From: Candidatus Nomurabacteria bacterium
GTDB taxonomy: Bacteria > Patescibacteriota > Minisyncoccia > Phycocordibacterales > UBA9973
DNA length: 64,000 bases
Direction of reading: 5' to 3'
NCBI GenBank assembly: GCA_943350875.1
Contig: CALRAL010000003.1
Span: 25,174 to 89,173 of the forward strand
Shown here: positions 39,711 to 48,979 of the stretch, one piece after another
Position numbering within the stretch: position 1 is the first letter of the stretch
Layout of the letters: each line of letters starts with the position of its first letter
Made by a program: the position numbers and the translations under genes
The notes under the pieces: model-generated
Seen by the model: the letters and a program-made list of their open reading frames with translations, nothing else
Told to the model about the DNA's origin: nothing
Databases searched by the model: none

Positions 39711-42700
39711 AGAAAATGTAAAAAATAATAAATCAGAAGTAGCTCTCAGGGAGGAGAGGGTTTTGGAATTTTGGGAGCAAAATAAAATATTTGAAAAAGT
39801 TTCAAAAAAGGTAGCGAAGAAGGGTGACTATGTATTTTATGACGGTCCGCCGACGGCCAACGGCATGCCGGGGCTACACCATGTGGAGCCACAATCTTTC
39901 AAGGATTTAATTCCTCGATACAAAACTATGCGAGGGTATAATGTCTTGCGTAAAGCGGGCTGGGATACACACGGGCTTCCAGTAGAGCTTCAAGTAGAAA
40001 AAGCGCTTGGGCTAAAATCTAAAAAAGATATTGAAAAATACGGAGTAGAACTTTTTAATCAGAAATGCAAAGAAAGTGTTTGGCAATATAAAGCAGAATG
40101 GATGAAAATGCGTACTCGCATGGGTTTCTGGACTGATCTGGAGAATGCATACGTAACTTATACGAATAATTATATTGAAGCCTTGTGGGGAGTAGTGCAA
40201 AAGGCAGATGAGAGAGGATTCTTGTATAAAGATTTCAAGATCTTGCCTTGGTGCCCTCGCTGTGGGACAGCTCTCTCTAGCCATGAGCTCAATCAGCCTG
40301 GGGCATACAAAGATGTAAAAGATCTGTCTGTTTATGTGAAATTTAAAATTATTGGTGGCAATGATGCTTTTGCGGGGTCGCTGTCTCCGTCTGTTGACGG
40401 AGCGCTGCCTCTCGGCTCGTCAGCCTGCGAGACACCCCGACAAAAGCACATTGCCACCAATTTTTACATTCTTGCTTGGACAACAACACCTTGGACTTTG
40501 CCGGGGAATGTGGCTTTGGCAGTGGGGAATGATATTGATTACGTAAAAGTGAAATTTGGTGGGGAGATTTTGATTTTAGCAGAGGCTAGACTTTCTGTTT
40601 TGGGTGGCGAATATGAAATTTTGGAAAAATTGAAAGGCAAAGATTTAATTGGTTTAGAATATGAACCACTTTTTCCATATTTGTCCGCCCAAGGCGGATC
40701 CGCCTCTGGCGGAAAAGATTTTAGTGAAAGTATAAAAAATGCTTTTAAAATTTATCCAGCAGACTTTGTGACGACCACAGACGGCACAGGAGTGGTGCAT
40801 ACAGCTGTGATGTATGGAGTGGATGATTTTGAGCTTGGAACTAAATTAAATTTACCGAAATATCATCTCGTAAATGAAGAAGGTAAATTTATAAAAGGTA
40901 CAGGATTCTTGGAGGGGCGATATGTTAAGGAAGCTGACGAGAATGGCAAGCCGACACTCGCTGTGGACATCATTGATGACTTAACCAAGCGTGGACTTTT
41001 GTTTAAAAAAGAAAATCACTTGCACAGCTATCCACATTGTTGGCGTTGTGATACACCACTTATTTATTACGCTCGGATGTCTTGGTATTTTAAGATGAGT
41101 GCGCTACGTAGCCAATTAATGGCTGGAAATGAAAAGATACATTGGGAGCCAGAACATATCAAACACGGACGTTTTGGTGAGTGGCTTGATGGTATAAAAG
41201 ACTGGGCCATTTCTCGGGACAGATATTGGGGTACACCGATACCAGTCTGGCAGAAAAAAGATGGCACATATAAAACTATCGGCTCACTTTCAGAACTAAA
41301 AAAATATACTAAAAAGTCAGGTAATAAGTATTTTGTCATGCGACATGGGGAAGCAGAAAATAATATGGGAGAATTATATAAAGTTGATCCGACTCAAAGT
41401 TTTAATCTTACTGAAAAAGGGTGTCAACAGGTTTTAGAAAATATTAAAAATTTTAAAGAAAAAGTAGATGTTATTATTTCTTCCCCATTTGAACGAACAA
41501 GAGAAACTACAAAAATAGTTTGTGAATTTTTAGGTTTTCCGTTAGATAAAGTTATTTATGATGATAGAGTGCAAGAGTGGGAAGTAAGCTCTATGTTTAA
41601 TGGTAAGACACGTAAAGAGATGAAACAATATTATGATAATGATTATATGTATGCTCCACACGAAAGTCTTGCTGATGCAGAAAGTTTTATCCATGTTGTA
41701 AAAAGAACTGGGGATTTCCTTTATGACATAGAATCTAAATATAAAGATAAAACTATTTTACTTGTTAGCCATGCTGGGGCAGGCAGGGCTATGACGTTTG
41801 TCTCGAATGGAGCTACTTTTACTGATTTACCAAATAGACCAGATATAACCAAGATGCTAGATAATGCAGAAATCAAAAAACTTGATTTCGTGCCACTTCC
41901 TCACAATCAAAATTATGAACTTGATTTTCATAAACCATATATTGATGAAATAATTTTAGAAGAAAACGGAGAACAAATGTCTCGCACACCGGAGGTGATG
42001 GATGTGTGGTTTGATTCAGGGGCTATGCCTTATGCACAGAGTCATGTGTTAGGTACTCCGATGGACTTCTCTCCAGCCAAGGCAGACTACATATCTGAAG
42101 CGATAGATCAGACTCGTGGATGGTTCTATACTTTGCATGCAGTTATAAATTTGGTAAATAATAAATCAAGTAATGCTTTTAAAAATGTTATTTGTCTCGG
42201 GCATATTTTGGATGCGAATGGGCAGAAAATGTCTAAATCAAAAGGCAATGTAGTGGACCCATGGATGATGTTTGATAAATACGGGGCGGACACCCTCCGC
42301 TTATGGATGTATTCTGTGAATCAGCCAGGGGAGTCAAAGAACTTTGACGAGAAAAATGTTTTGGAATTAAATAGACAAGTTTTTGGCTTGCTTTATAATA
42401 TTGTGGCTTTTTATGAGCTTTATCGGGATAAAGATTTAGAAATTATACAAGGACAGTCCTTAAGAGAGTTTCCCCAAGGACTGTCCTTTAAAAATATTTT
42501 AGATATTTGGATTCTTGCTAGATTAAACGAGTTGATAGAACTCACTACTAAAAATCTAGATAGTTTTAAACTTTTAGAGCCGACTCGAGCTATGAAAGAT
42601 TTTATAAATGATCTCTCTACATGGTATCTGCGTCGTTCTAGAGATAGATTAAAAGATGAAGATAAAAATGCAAAACTTACACTGTATTTTGTATTAAAAA

Positions 42701-43347
42701 ATCTGGCAAAACTTATGGCACCATTTGCTCCCTTTTCTGCGGAAGATATCTGGCAGAAATTGAAAAATGAGGAAGATGTAGAAAGTGTGCATTTGGTAGA
42801 TTGGCCAAAAGTGTCAAAGGGCATCTTTGACATGTTTAGCAAAAAAGAGGAGAAAGTCTTGAAAAATATGCAAATTGTGCGTGATATTGTTTCTCTTGGG
42901 CTTGAAGCGAGGCAGAAAGCGGGGATAAAAGTCCGTCAACCGCTCGCTACGCTCAAGTGTAAAGTAGAAAGTGGAAAGTTGTCGAGTGAATACTTGGAAC
43001 TTATTAAAGACGAGTTGAACGTAAAAGAAGTATTATTAGAGCCTCGAGCCTCGAACCTAGAAACTAATGTAGAACTCGATACAAGAATAACTCCAGAATT
43101 AAAATCTGAAGGAGATTATAGGGAGCTTGTGCGAGCAATACAGGATATGAGGAAAAAGATGGGGCTGACTCCGAGTGATGTGGTGTCTTTCTCCTTTGAC
43201 ACAAATGAAGAAGGAAAAAAGTTAATCCAGAATTTTGAAAAGGAACTAAAAAAAGTAATTCTTGCTTCAGAAATAAAATTCATGGCAAATGATGGCGACC
43301 CAATCGTTATAGATGAACTAATATTTAAAATAAAAGTGGTAAAATAA
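39703..43347 (+). CDS. ileS: Isoleucine--tRNA ligase (type 2) with an inserted histidine-phosphatase domain
   Basis: DGPPTANG, GWDTHGLPVE, WTTTPWTLP, DWAISRDRYWGTPIP, DQTRGWF, KMSKS; start moved to ATG 39703. Confidence 0.96.
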   Translation: MNEENVKNNKSEVALREERVLEFWEQNKIFEKVSKKVAKKGDYVFYDGPPTANGMPGLHHVEPQSFKDLIPRYKTMRGYNVLRKAGWDTHGLPVELQVEKALGLKSKKDIEKYGVELFNQKCKESVWQYKAEWMKMRTRMGFWTDLENAYVTYTNNYIEALWGVVQKADERGFLYKDFKILPWCPRCGTALSSHELNQPGAYKDVKDLSVYVKFKIIGGNDAFAGSLSPSVDGALPLGSSACETPRQKHIATNFYILAWTTTPWTLPGNVALAVGNDIDYVKVKFGGEILILAEARLSVLGGEYEILEKLKGKDLIGLEYEPLFPYLSAQGGSASGGKDFSESIKNAFKIYPADFVTTTDGTGVVHTAVMYGVDDFELGTKLNLPKYHLVNEEGKFIKGTGFLEGRYVKEADENGKPTLAVDIIDDLTKRGLLFKKENHLHSYPHCWRCDTPLIYYARMSWYFKMSALRSQLMAGNEKIHWEPEHIKHGRFGEWLDGIKDWAISRDRYWGTPIPVWQKKDGTYKTIGSLSELKKYTKKSGNKYFVMRHGEAENNMGELYKVDPTQSFNLTEKGCQQVLENIKNFKEKVDVIISSPFERTRETTKIVCEFLGFPLDKVIYDDRVQEWEVSSMFNGKTRKEMKQYYDNDYMYAPHESLADAESFIHVVKRTGDFLYDIESKYKDKTILLVSHAGAGRAMTFVSNGATFTDLPNRPDITKMLDNAEIKKLDFVPLPHNQNYELDFHKPYIDEIILEENGEQMSRTPEVMDVWFDSGAMPYAQSHVLGTPMDFSPAKADYISEAIDQTRGWFYTLHAVINLVNNKSSNAFKNVICLGHILDANGQKMSKSKGNVVDPWMMFDKYGADTLRLWMYSVNQPGESKNFDEKNVLELNRQVFGLLYNIVAFYELYRDKDLEIIQGQSLREFPQGLSFKNILDIWILARLNELIELTTKNLDSFKLLEPTRAMKDFINDLSTWYLRRSRDRLKDEDKNAKLTLYFVLKNLAKLMAPFAPFSAEDIWQKLKNEEDVESVHLVDWPKVSKGIFDMFSKKEEKVLKNMQIVRDIVSLGLEARQKAGIKVRQPLATLKCKVESGKLSSEYLELIKDELNVKEVLLEPRASNLETNVELDTRITPELKSEGDYRELVRAIQDMRKKMGLTPSDVVSFSFDTNEEGKKLIQNFEKELKKVILASEIKFMANDGDPIVIDELIFKIKVVK
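40351..40461. mobile_element. 111-bp (37-codon) MITE-like foldback inserted in frame in ileS
   Basis: Perfect 13-bp termini ATTGGTGGCAATG/CATTGCCACCAAT extended by TGCTTTTG/CAAAAGCA and CGGGGT/ACCCCG; internal hairpins. Confidence 0.85.
40684..40713 (+). repeat. Family C 30-bp element in ileS (SAQGGSASGG)
   Basis: TCCGCC-CAA-GGCGGA-TCCGCC-TCT-GGCGGA. Confidence 0.9.
42448..42489. repeat. Family B 42-bp element in ileS (QGQSLREFPQGLSF)
   Basis: CAAGG-ACAGT-CCTT...CAAGG-ACTGT-CCTT. Confidence 0.82.
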
Positions 43348-43351
43348 AAGT

Positions 43352-43915
43352 ATGAAAAAGGTATTTATGATACATGGTTTTGAGGGAGAACCAAATGGCG
43401 GTTGGAGGCCTTGGCTGATGGGTGAATTAGCAAAGAAGGATATTTATGCGTGTGCCTTACCTATGCCCACTCCAGATAAGCCAGAGAAAAATGAATGGAT
43501 AAAAGTTGTCTCTGATTCTGTTAGAGTCCCAACTGAAGAAATATTTCTAATTGGCCATTCTCTCGGTGTGCCAACTATTCTAAGATATTTAGAAACTTTG
43601 CCAGAAGAAACAAAAATCGGTGGGGCTATACTTATAGCTGGTCCAGCTTTTGTAATAAATAAGTCTGGGTATGAAAAAGTAAACGTTTTTTTAAAAGAGC
43701 CATTTGATTTTGGGCATATAAAAAATGCTTGTAAAAAATTTGCCATAATTCATGGAGATAATGATACAGCTGTTCTATTTTCTGATGCCGAATATTTAGC
43801 AAAAAATCTTTCTTGTAGTTTAATTTCTATAAAAAATGGTAAACATTTAGCTGGTCACGATGGTTTTTATGAACTCCCAGAAGCATTAGAAGAAATTTTA
43901 AAAATGGTAAAATAA
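43352..43915 (+). CDS. RBBP9/YdeN-family alpha/beta hydrolase
   Basis: IHGF, WRPWL, IGHSLG, HGDND, GKH. Confidence 0.85.
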   Translation: MKKVFMIHGFEGEPNGGWRPWLMGELAKKDIYACALPMPTPDKPEKNEWIKVVSDSVRVPTEEIFLIGHSLGVPTILRYLETLPEETKIGGAILIAGPAFVINKSGYEKVNVFLKEPFDFGHIKNACKKFAIIHGDNDTAVLFSDAEYLAKNLSCSLISIKNGKHLAGHDGFYELPEALEEILKMVK

Positions 43916-43919
43916 TGGT

Positions 43920-44423
43920 ATGGAAAGAAAATTAATTTGTGGAGATAAATTTGTTTTTGGTCACGGGACTATATCATTACCAGTTTCGTTTGAAAATGTT
44001 CCAAATGAGCTAGTATTTGAGGGTAATAATCTTTTGATAAATGATTTTTTACATGTGAGTTTGGTATGTATAGGTAAAATAATTGAAAAATATAATGTTA
44101 AGATTCCTGATTTTGAAAATAAAATAATAGAAGATTTTTGTGAGTTTTCTAATGAAAATAGTGTTGAACCTGTAATTTATAATAATGATTATAAATTAGC
44201 TGAGAAAGATGAAAAGAAAACTATAGTTGTGATGTGCAAGGTTCCTAACCTGAATAAATTTTTTGAATTGATAAATAAAAAATATGGATTAAATGTAGAA
44301 TATCCTCCTACACATGTGACTTTGTACAAACAGCCTGGTAAACTTGGTATATTCTTAACTAATATGGAAGATATAAAAAATTTTACTAAGCCTATTACAA
44401 ATCCAATAGGCCATTTGTTGTAA
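43920..44423 (+). CDS. Possible 2H phosphoesterase-fold protein
   Basis: Two Hx[S/T]x motifs: LHVSL and THVTL. Confidence 0.6.
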   Translation: MERKLICGDKFVFGHGTISLPVSFENVPNELVFEGNNLLINDFLHVSLVCIGKIIEKYNVKIPDFENKIIEDFCEFSNENSVEPVIYNNDYKLAEKDEKKTIVVMCKVPNLNKFFELINKKYGLNVEYPPTHVTLYKQPGKLGIFLTNMEDIKNFTKPITNPIGHLL

Positions 44424-44427
44424 TCTA

Positions 44428-45051
44428 ATGCATCATATACACCACACAGAGGGGATAATATTAGGGAGTAGGAATTTTGGAGAGACGGGGAAATATTATT
44501 CCATTTTCACTCGTGATTTGGGCTTGGTATATGCTAGCGCGCAGGGAGTACGCAAGATGTCCTCCAAACTCCGTTTTGTCCTTTCAGATTATTCTCATAT
44601 AAAAGTGGATTTAGTAAAAGGCAAAGACCTCTGGCGAGTGACGAGCGCTTCAAAGACAGGGAGTCTTGAAGACATCTCAAAAGATAAAGAGAATTTTGTA
44701 GTTTTTGTCAGTATTTTAAATCTATTGAAAAGATTATTAGCTGGGCAAGAAGCAAATGAAACTTTATTTACAGATTTGGTAAAAGGTTTTAATTTTTTAG
44801 AAAAAGTTGGGCAAAAAGAACCTGCCCGCAATGCTTTCAGTATAGCTGATGCAGGCGGGGATAATTTAAGGAATATAGAAATAATAATAGTTTTACGAAT
44901 GTTGAATAATCTGGGATACATAGGAGCCGGAGAAACATCAGAGAATATAATAAAATCTCCATTTGAAGAGAATTTGGTGTTTGAAGTATCAAAGAATAGG
45001 TCTAAAGTTTTAGAGCAGATAAACAAGGCCTTAAAAGAGACTCATTTGTAA
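44428..45051 (+). CDS. recO: DNA repair protein RecO
   Basis: TEGIIL..RNFGE..K...IFTRDLG...A.AQGVRK..SKL OB-fold N-terminus. Confidence 0.88.
   Translation: MHHIHHTEGIILGSRNFGETGKYYSIFTRDLGLVYASAQGVRKMSSKLRFVLSDYSHIKVDLVKGKDLWRVTSASKTGSLEDISKDKENFVVFVSILNLLKRLLAGQEANETLFTDLVKGFNFLEKVGQKEPARNAFSIADAGGDNLRNIEIIIVLRMLNNLGYIGAGETSENIIKSPFEENLVFEVSKNRSKVLEQINKALKETHL
44821..44859 (+). repeat. Family A 39-bp element in recO (PARNAFSIADAGG)
   Basis: CCTGCCCGCAATGCTTTCAGTATAGCTGATGCAGGCGGG; same ends as the nusA copies, 3 nt longer. Confidence 0.9.
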
Positions 45052-45059
45052 TGTGTTTG

Positions 45060-45092
45060 CCCCGTAAGAAATTTCTAAAATTTCGTTCGGGG
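45060..45092. repeat. Degenerate short relative of the 23226-23345 element
   Basis: CCCCGTAAGAAAT...ATTTCGTTCGGGG. Confidence 0.5.
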
Positions 45093-45107
45093 TGGTATAA
45101 TTAAAGG

Positions 45108-47033
45108 ATGTCATTGCGAGACAGAGAGAAATTAAATAGGGTGGAAGAACTAAAAGCCAAGCTATTTAGTAAAGATTATCAGACAAAGATAGGCTTTAGG
45201 GATGGCTTTTCTCATACAGAACGGGTGGATGTGCCGGATTCTTGGCAGGATGATACTAAAAACAGTTTGAAAGAAAAGTTTTTTATGAAGACATCCATGT
45301 TTAAAAAGTTTTTTATTTTTTCTATTGTATTTTTTATTCTAGCTTTGGGATATGCTTCCTATGTATTTTTCGTAGGTAGTAACATCGTATCTAATGACAA
45401 CATAGAGATATCAGTATTAGGGAATGCTTTCACCGCTGGTGGGGAAGATCTACCACTCCAAGTGGAAATAGCTAATAAAAATAATTCTGCCCTCGAACTC
45501 GTGGATCTAGTATTAGAATATCCAAAAAGTTCATCCACAGATCTCTCCCAGGACACTGAGCACATCAGGGAGTCATTAGGTACTATTCCTGCGGGGTCAG
45601 TAAAAGATGAAAATGTAAAAGTCATGCTTTTTGGAGAACAAGGTAGTACTCGCCAAGTAAAAATCTCTATTGAATACAGAGTAGAAGGCTCAAACGCTAT
45701 ATTTGTGAAAGATAAATTATATGATGTCAGCATAAATGGAACCCCGATAAACCTCTCGGTGGATGCTCCAGAAGAAACGACTCCAAACCAAGACATAACT
45801 TTGAACGTGAAAGCTACCTTGAATGCTACCAAGCCAGCGTCTAAAATGCTTATAAAGGTTGATTATCCAGCTGGTTTTCAATTTGCATCTGCAAAACCTT
45901 CTCCTTCTTTTGGTAATAATGTCTGGAATTTAGGGGATCTGGCGCCTGGGTCTGAACGCAACATCTCGATCCTAGGCAAGATGGTGGATGTGTTTGACGG
46001 GGAAGATAAAACTTTCCATATCTGGAGTGGTCCGCAATCTGATTCGGATAAATCATTGATCGGAGTAGTGTTCAATTCACTTGGGCATACTGTTGCTATA
46101 AAGAAGTCTTCTGTAGAAGCTCGACTTTTCATAAACGGTGTCTACCAGAGAGAATATGCTATTAACACTAAGACTATCATTCAAGGAAATATAAATTGGG
46201 CAAACAATTTAGACACTAAAATAAACGATCTTACTATTACTGCTAAAATATCTGGAAATGCTGTAAATAAAAGTACTATTTCGGCTTCGCAAGGATTTTA
46301 TAATTCTTTAACTAACTCCATCATCTGGGATAAAAATTCACAAAATAATTTAGCAGGAGTAAATCCTGGAGATACAGGTACTGTCACTTTTTCTCTGTAT
46401 CCACTTTCACTTTTCTCTGGGGGTAGTGGGATGCTCACTGAGCCGAGTGTGAATATAGAGGTGAATATCACAGGTAAGCAATCTCTCGAAGGTTATGCTG
46501 TGAAAAACCTTGGCAGTTCTGAATCAAAAGTTGTAAAAATAATTTCAGATGTTGGATTTGCCACTAAAGCCCTTTACTATTCTGGGCCTTTTTCAAACAC
46601 TGGACCTATTCCTCCAAAAGTAGATAAAGAGACTACTTATACTATCGTTTGGACTCTTTCAAATACTGCTAATAATATATCAAATGCACAAGTGAGCTCG
46701 ACTTTGCCACCATGGATCCGTTTTGTGGGGCCTATTTCGCCTCCAGCTGAAGACCTGACTTATAACCCTTCTACCAAGGAAATCCTTTGGAAAATAGGAG
46801 GAATTCCTAGGGGGACGGGCATCACAGAGGCTGGCAGGGAAGTTGCTTTTCAAGTGGCCCTCATTCCTTCGCTTTCTCAGGTGAATACCGCGCCTCTATT
46901 GATCAATGATGCTATTTTGACGGGACACGATGATTTTGCTAATGTGAATGTGAGGGTGAATAAATCGTCGCTTAATACTTTGCTTTCAAATGATCCATTG
47001 TTACCTCCTTCTGGAGATAGGGTGGTGGAATAA
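45108..47033 (+). CDS. Membrane-anchored protein with repeated Ig-like (DUF11-like) domains
   Basis: Single N-terminal TM; repeats such as WNLGDLAPG, LGTIPAG, GVNPGDTGTVTF. Confidence 0.75.
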   Translation: MSLRDREKLNRVEELKAKLFSKDYQTKIGFRDGFSHTERVDVPDSWQDDTKNSLKEKFFMKTSMFKKFFIFSIVFFILALGYASYVFFVGSNIVSNDNIEISVLGNAFTAGGEDLPLQVEIANKNNSALELVDLVLEYPKSSSTDLSQDTEHIRESLGTIPAGSVKDENVKVMLFGEQGSTRQVKISIEYRVEGSNAIFVKDKLYDVSINGTPINLSVDAPEETTPNQDITLNVKATLNATKPASKMLIKVDYPAGFQFASAKPSPSFGNNVWNLGDLAPGSERNISILGKMVDVFDGEDKTFHIWSGPQSDSDKSLIGVVFNSLGHTVAIKKSSVEARLFINGVYQREYAINTKTIIQGNINWANNLDTKINDLTITAKISGNAVNKSTISASQGFYNSLTNSIIWDKNSQNNLAGVNPGDTGTVTFSLYPLSLFSGGSGMLTEPSVNIEVNITGKQSLEGYAVKNLGSSESKVVKIISDVGFATKALYYSGPFSNTGPIPPKVDKETTYTIVWTLSNTANNISNAQVSSTLPPWIRFVGPISPPAEDLTYNPSTKEILWKIGGIPRGTGITEAGREVAFQVALIPSLSQVNTAPLLINDAILTGHDDFANVNVRVNKSSLNTLLSNDPLLPPSGDRVVE

Positions 47034-47036
47034 AAT

Positions 47037-48260
47037 ATGAAAAAAGAAAATACAGAAGAAAATAATTTAATGGAGAAAATAGTGTCGCTATGTAAAAGGC
47101 GAGGCTTTATCTTTTCTGGTTCAGAGATATACGGTGGGTTTGCCGGCACGTATGATTGGGGGCATTTTGGGTTGGCATTAAAGAATAATATAAAGCAAAA
47201 TTGGTGGAAAAAGTTTGTGGATTCGAGGCGTGATATGTATGGCATAGATGCTGCGATATTGATGCGACAAGAAGTCTGGCAGGCCACGGGGCATGTGGCG
47301 AATTTTGCTGACCCCCTTGATGGTAAAGCTTTTAATACGATGCTCAAGACGCAAGTCGGGGCCAAGAAAGACGAAATTGCAGTTTCTTATTTACGTCCAG
47401 AAACAGCTCAGGGAATGTTTGTGAATTTTAAAAATACAGTGGATGCTTTTCATCCAAAACTTCCTTTTGGTATGGCGCAAATTGGTAAAGCGTTTAGGAA
47501 TGAAATAGCTCCACGGGATTTTCTTTTTCGTCAGAGAGAGTTTGAGCAGATGGAAATAGAATATTTTATAAGAGCAGAAGATTGGGAAAAATATTTTGAT
47601 TATTGGAAAGATGAAATGCTTGTTTGGATGGAAGAAGTTGGTATTGATATGTCCAAAGTGCATGAACTAGAGGTAGTAAAAGAAGATAGAGCTCATTATT
47701 CTAGCCGAACCATTGATTTTGAATTTGATTATCCTTTTGGCAAGAAAGAACTTTTTGGTTTAGCTTATAGAACTGATTTTGATTTAAAAACTCACAAACT
47801 TGAATATATAGACGAAGAAGAAGGTGGAAAAATGGTTCCACATGTGATAGAGCCGACTTTTGGAGTAGATAGAGCATTTTTAGCTTTGATACTTTCTTCC
47901 TACAAAGAAGATGAGAAGGACGGGGAAGTGCGTTCATATCTTAAATTTAAACCCAGCATTGCTCCAGTGATCTGTGCCGTGTCTCCACTTTTGAAAAATA
48001 AACCAGAACTCGTGGAATATGCAAATACCAAAGTTTTCGTTCCACTCAAATCAGAATTTGGACGAGTGATCTGGGATGACAATGGGAACATTGGTAAGCG
48101 GTACCGCCGTCAAGATGAGATAGGCACTCCATGGTGTATCGTTGTTGATTTTGATACTTTGACAAACAATACTGTGACGGTCCGCGACCGTGATACAGGA
48201 GAGCAAGAACGAGTAAAAGTCTCCGAATTAATTTCGTATATAAAAGATAAGTTGGATTAA
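47037..48260 (+). CDS. glyQS: Glycine--tRNA ligase, alpha2 type
   Basis: LCKRRGF, YLRPETAQG, FRNEI, REFEQME, IEPTFGVDR, IGKRYRRQDEIGTP. Confidence 0.96.
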   Translation: MKKENTEENNLMEKIVSLCKRRGFIFSGSEIYGGFAGTYDWGHFGLALKNNIKQNWWKKFVDSRRDMYGIDAAILMRQEVWQATGHVANFADPLDGKAFNTMLKTQVGAKKDEIAVSYLRPETAQGMFVNFKNTVDAFHPKLPFGMAQIGKAFRNEIAPRDFLFRQREFEQMEIEYFIRAEDWEKYFDYWKDEMLVWMEEVGIDMSKVHELEVVKEDRAHYSSRTIDFEFDYPFGKKELFGLAYRTDFDLKTHKLEYIDEEEGGKMVPHVIEPTFGVDRAFLALILSSYKEDEKDGEVRSYLKFKPSIAPVICAVSPLLKNKPELVEYANTKVFVPLKSEFGRVIWDDNGNIGKRYRRQDEIGTPWCIVVDFDTLTNNTVTVRDRDTGEQERVKVSELISYIKDKLD

Positions 48261-48718
48261 TGAAAACTTTGACTTTGGCAATTTTGTTTCGAGGGGATAA
48301 AATTCTTCTAGCGATGAAGAAGCGGGGTTTTGGTGTAGGGAAGTGGAATGGTTATGGAGGTAAATTAGAAGGAGTAGAAAAGCCGATAGATGCTATTGTG
48401 CGCGAAATAGAAGAAGAAAGTGGTTTGGTTGTGGATAGAAATTTACTGAAAGAACTTGGTTTCATAGATTTTTATTTTGATGATAAAAAAGAATGGGATC
48501 AAAGAGTAATAATTTACAGACTTAATAAGTTTACAGGTGAACCGATAGAGACAGAAGAAATGGCGCCAGAATTTTTTGATTTAGATAAAATACCATACAA
48601 TGATATGTGGCCTGCTGATAGTAAATGGTTGCCATACGTTATTTCGGGGATAAAATTTAGTGGTGAAATACATTTTTCTGGCACTGGTGAGCGTATTTTT
48701 AGTTGTGTGATAGAATAA
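48260..48718 (+). CDS. Nudix hydrolase, MTH1/8-oxo-dGTPase-like
   Basis: KKRGFGVGKWNGYGGK, REIEEESG, MWPAD. Confidence 0.88.
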   Translation: MKTLTLAILFRGDKILLAMKKRGFGVGKWNGYGGKLEGVEKPIDAIVREIEEESGLVVDRNLLKELGFIDFYFDDKKEWDQRVIIYRLNKFTGEPIETEEMAPEFFDLDKIPYNDMWPADSKWLPYVISGIKFSGEIHFSGTGERIFSCVIE

Positions 48719-48719
48719 C

Positions 48720-48749
48720 TTGACATCCTGTAGCACAATTTGCTACACT
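48720..48749 (+). promoter_or_regulatory. Sigma70 promoter with overlapping palindromic operator for the TA operon
   Basis: TTGACA-N18-TACACT; TGTAGCA-CAATT-TGCTACA at 48729-48747. Confidence 0.7.
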
Positions 48750-48755
48750 TAAAAT

Positions 48756-48971
48756 ATGAGAACAACATTAAATATATCAATGCCACCGAAGCTTTTTAGC
48801 CAAGTGGAATCAACAGTTAGGGAACATAATTATTCATCTATAAGTGAGTTTATTCGTGATGCTATAAGGGCATGGAATGAGGAGCAACTGTATCAGTCTG
48901 TTTTACGAAGTGAAAGAGAATTTGCTCAAGGAAAAGGGAAGAGACTTCGTTCACTAAAGGATTTATTGTAA
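48756..48971 (+). CDS. Ribbon-helix-helix antitoxin (CopG/ParD-like)
   Basis: TLNISMP...YSSISEFIRDAIR; upstream of the toxin. Confidence 0.85.
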   Translation: MRTTLNISMPPKLFSQVESTVREHNYSSISEFIRDAIRAWNEEQLYQSVLRSEREFAQGKGKRLRSLKDLL

Positions 48972-48979
48972 TTATTTTT

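Noticed and set aside
40351-40461. tRNA or self-splicing intron in ileS
   Set aside because: No T-loop/D-loop consensus or CCA; far too short for a group I/II intron core; the frame is open through it.
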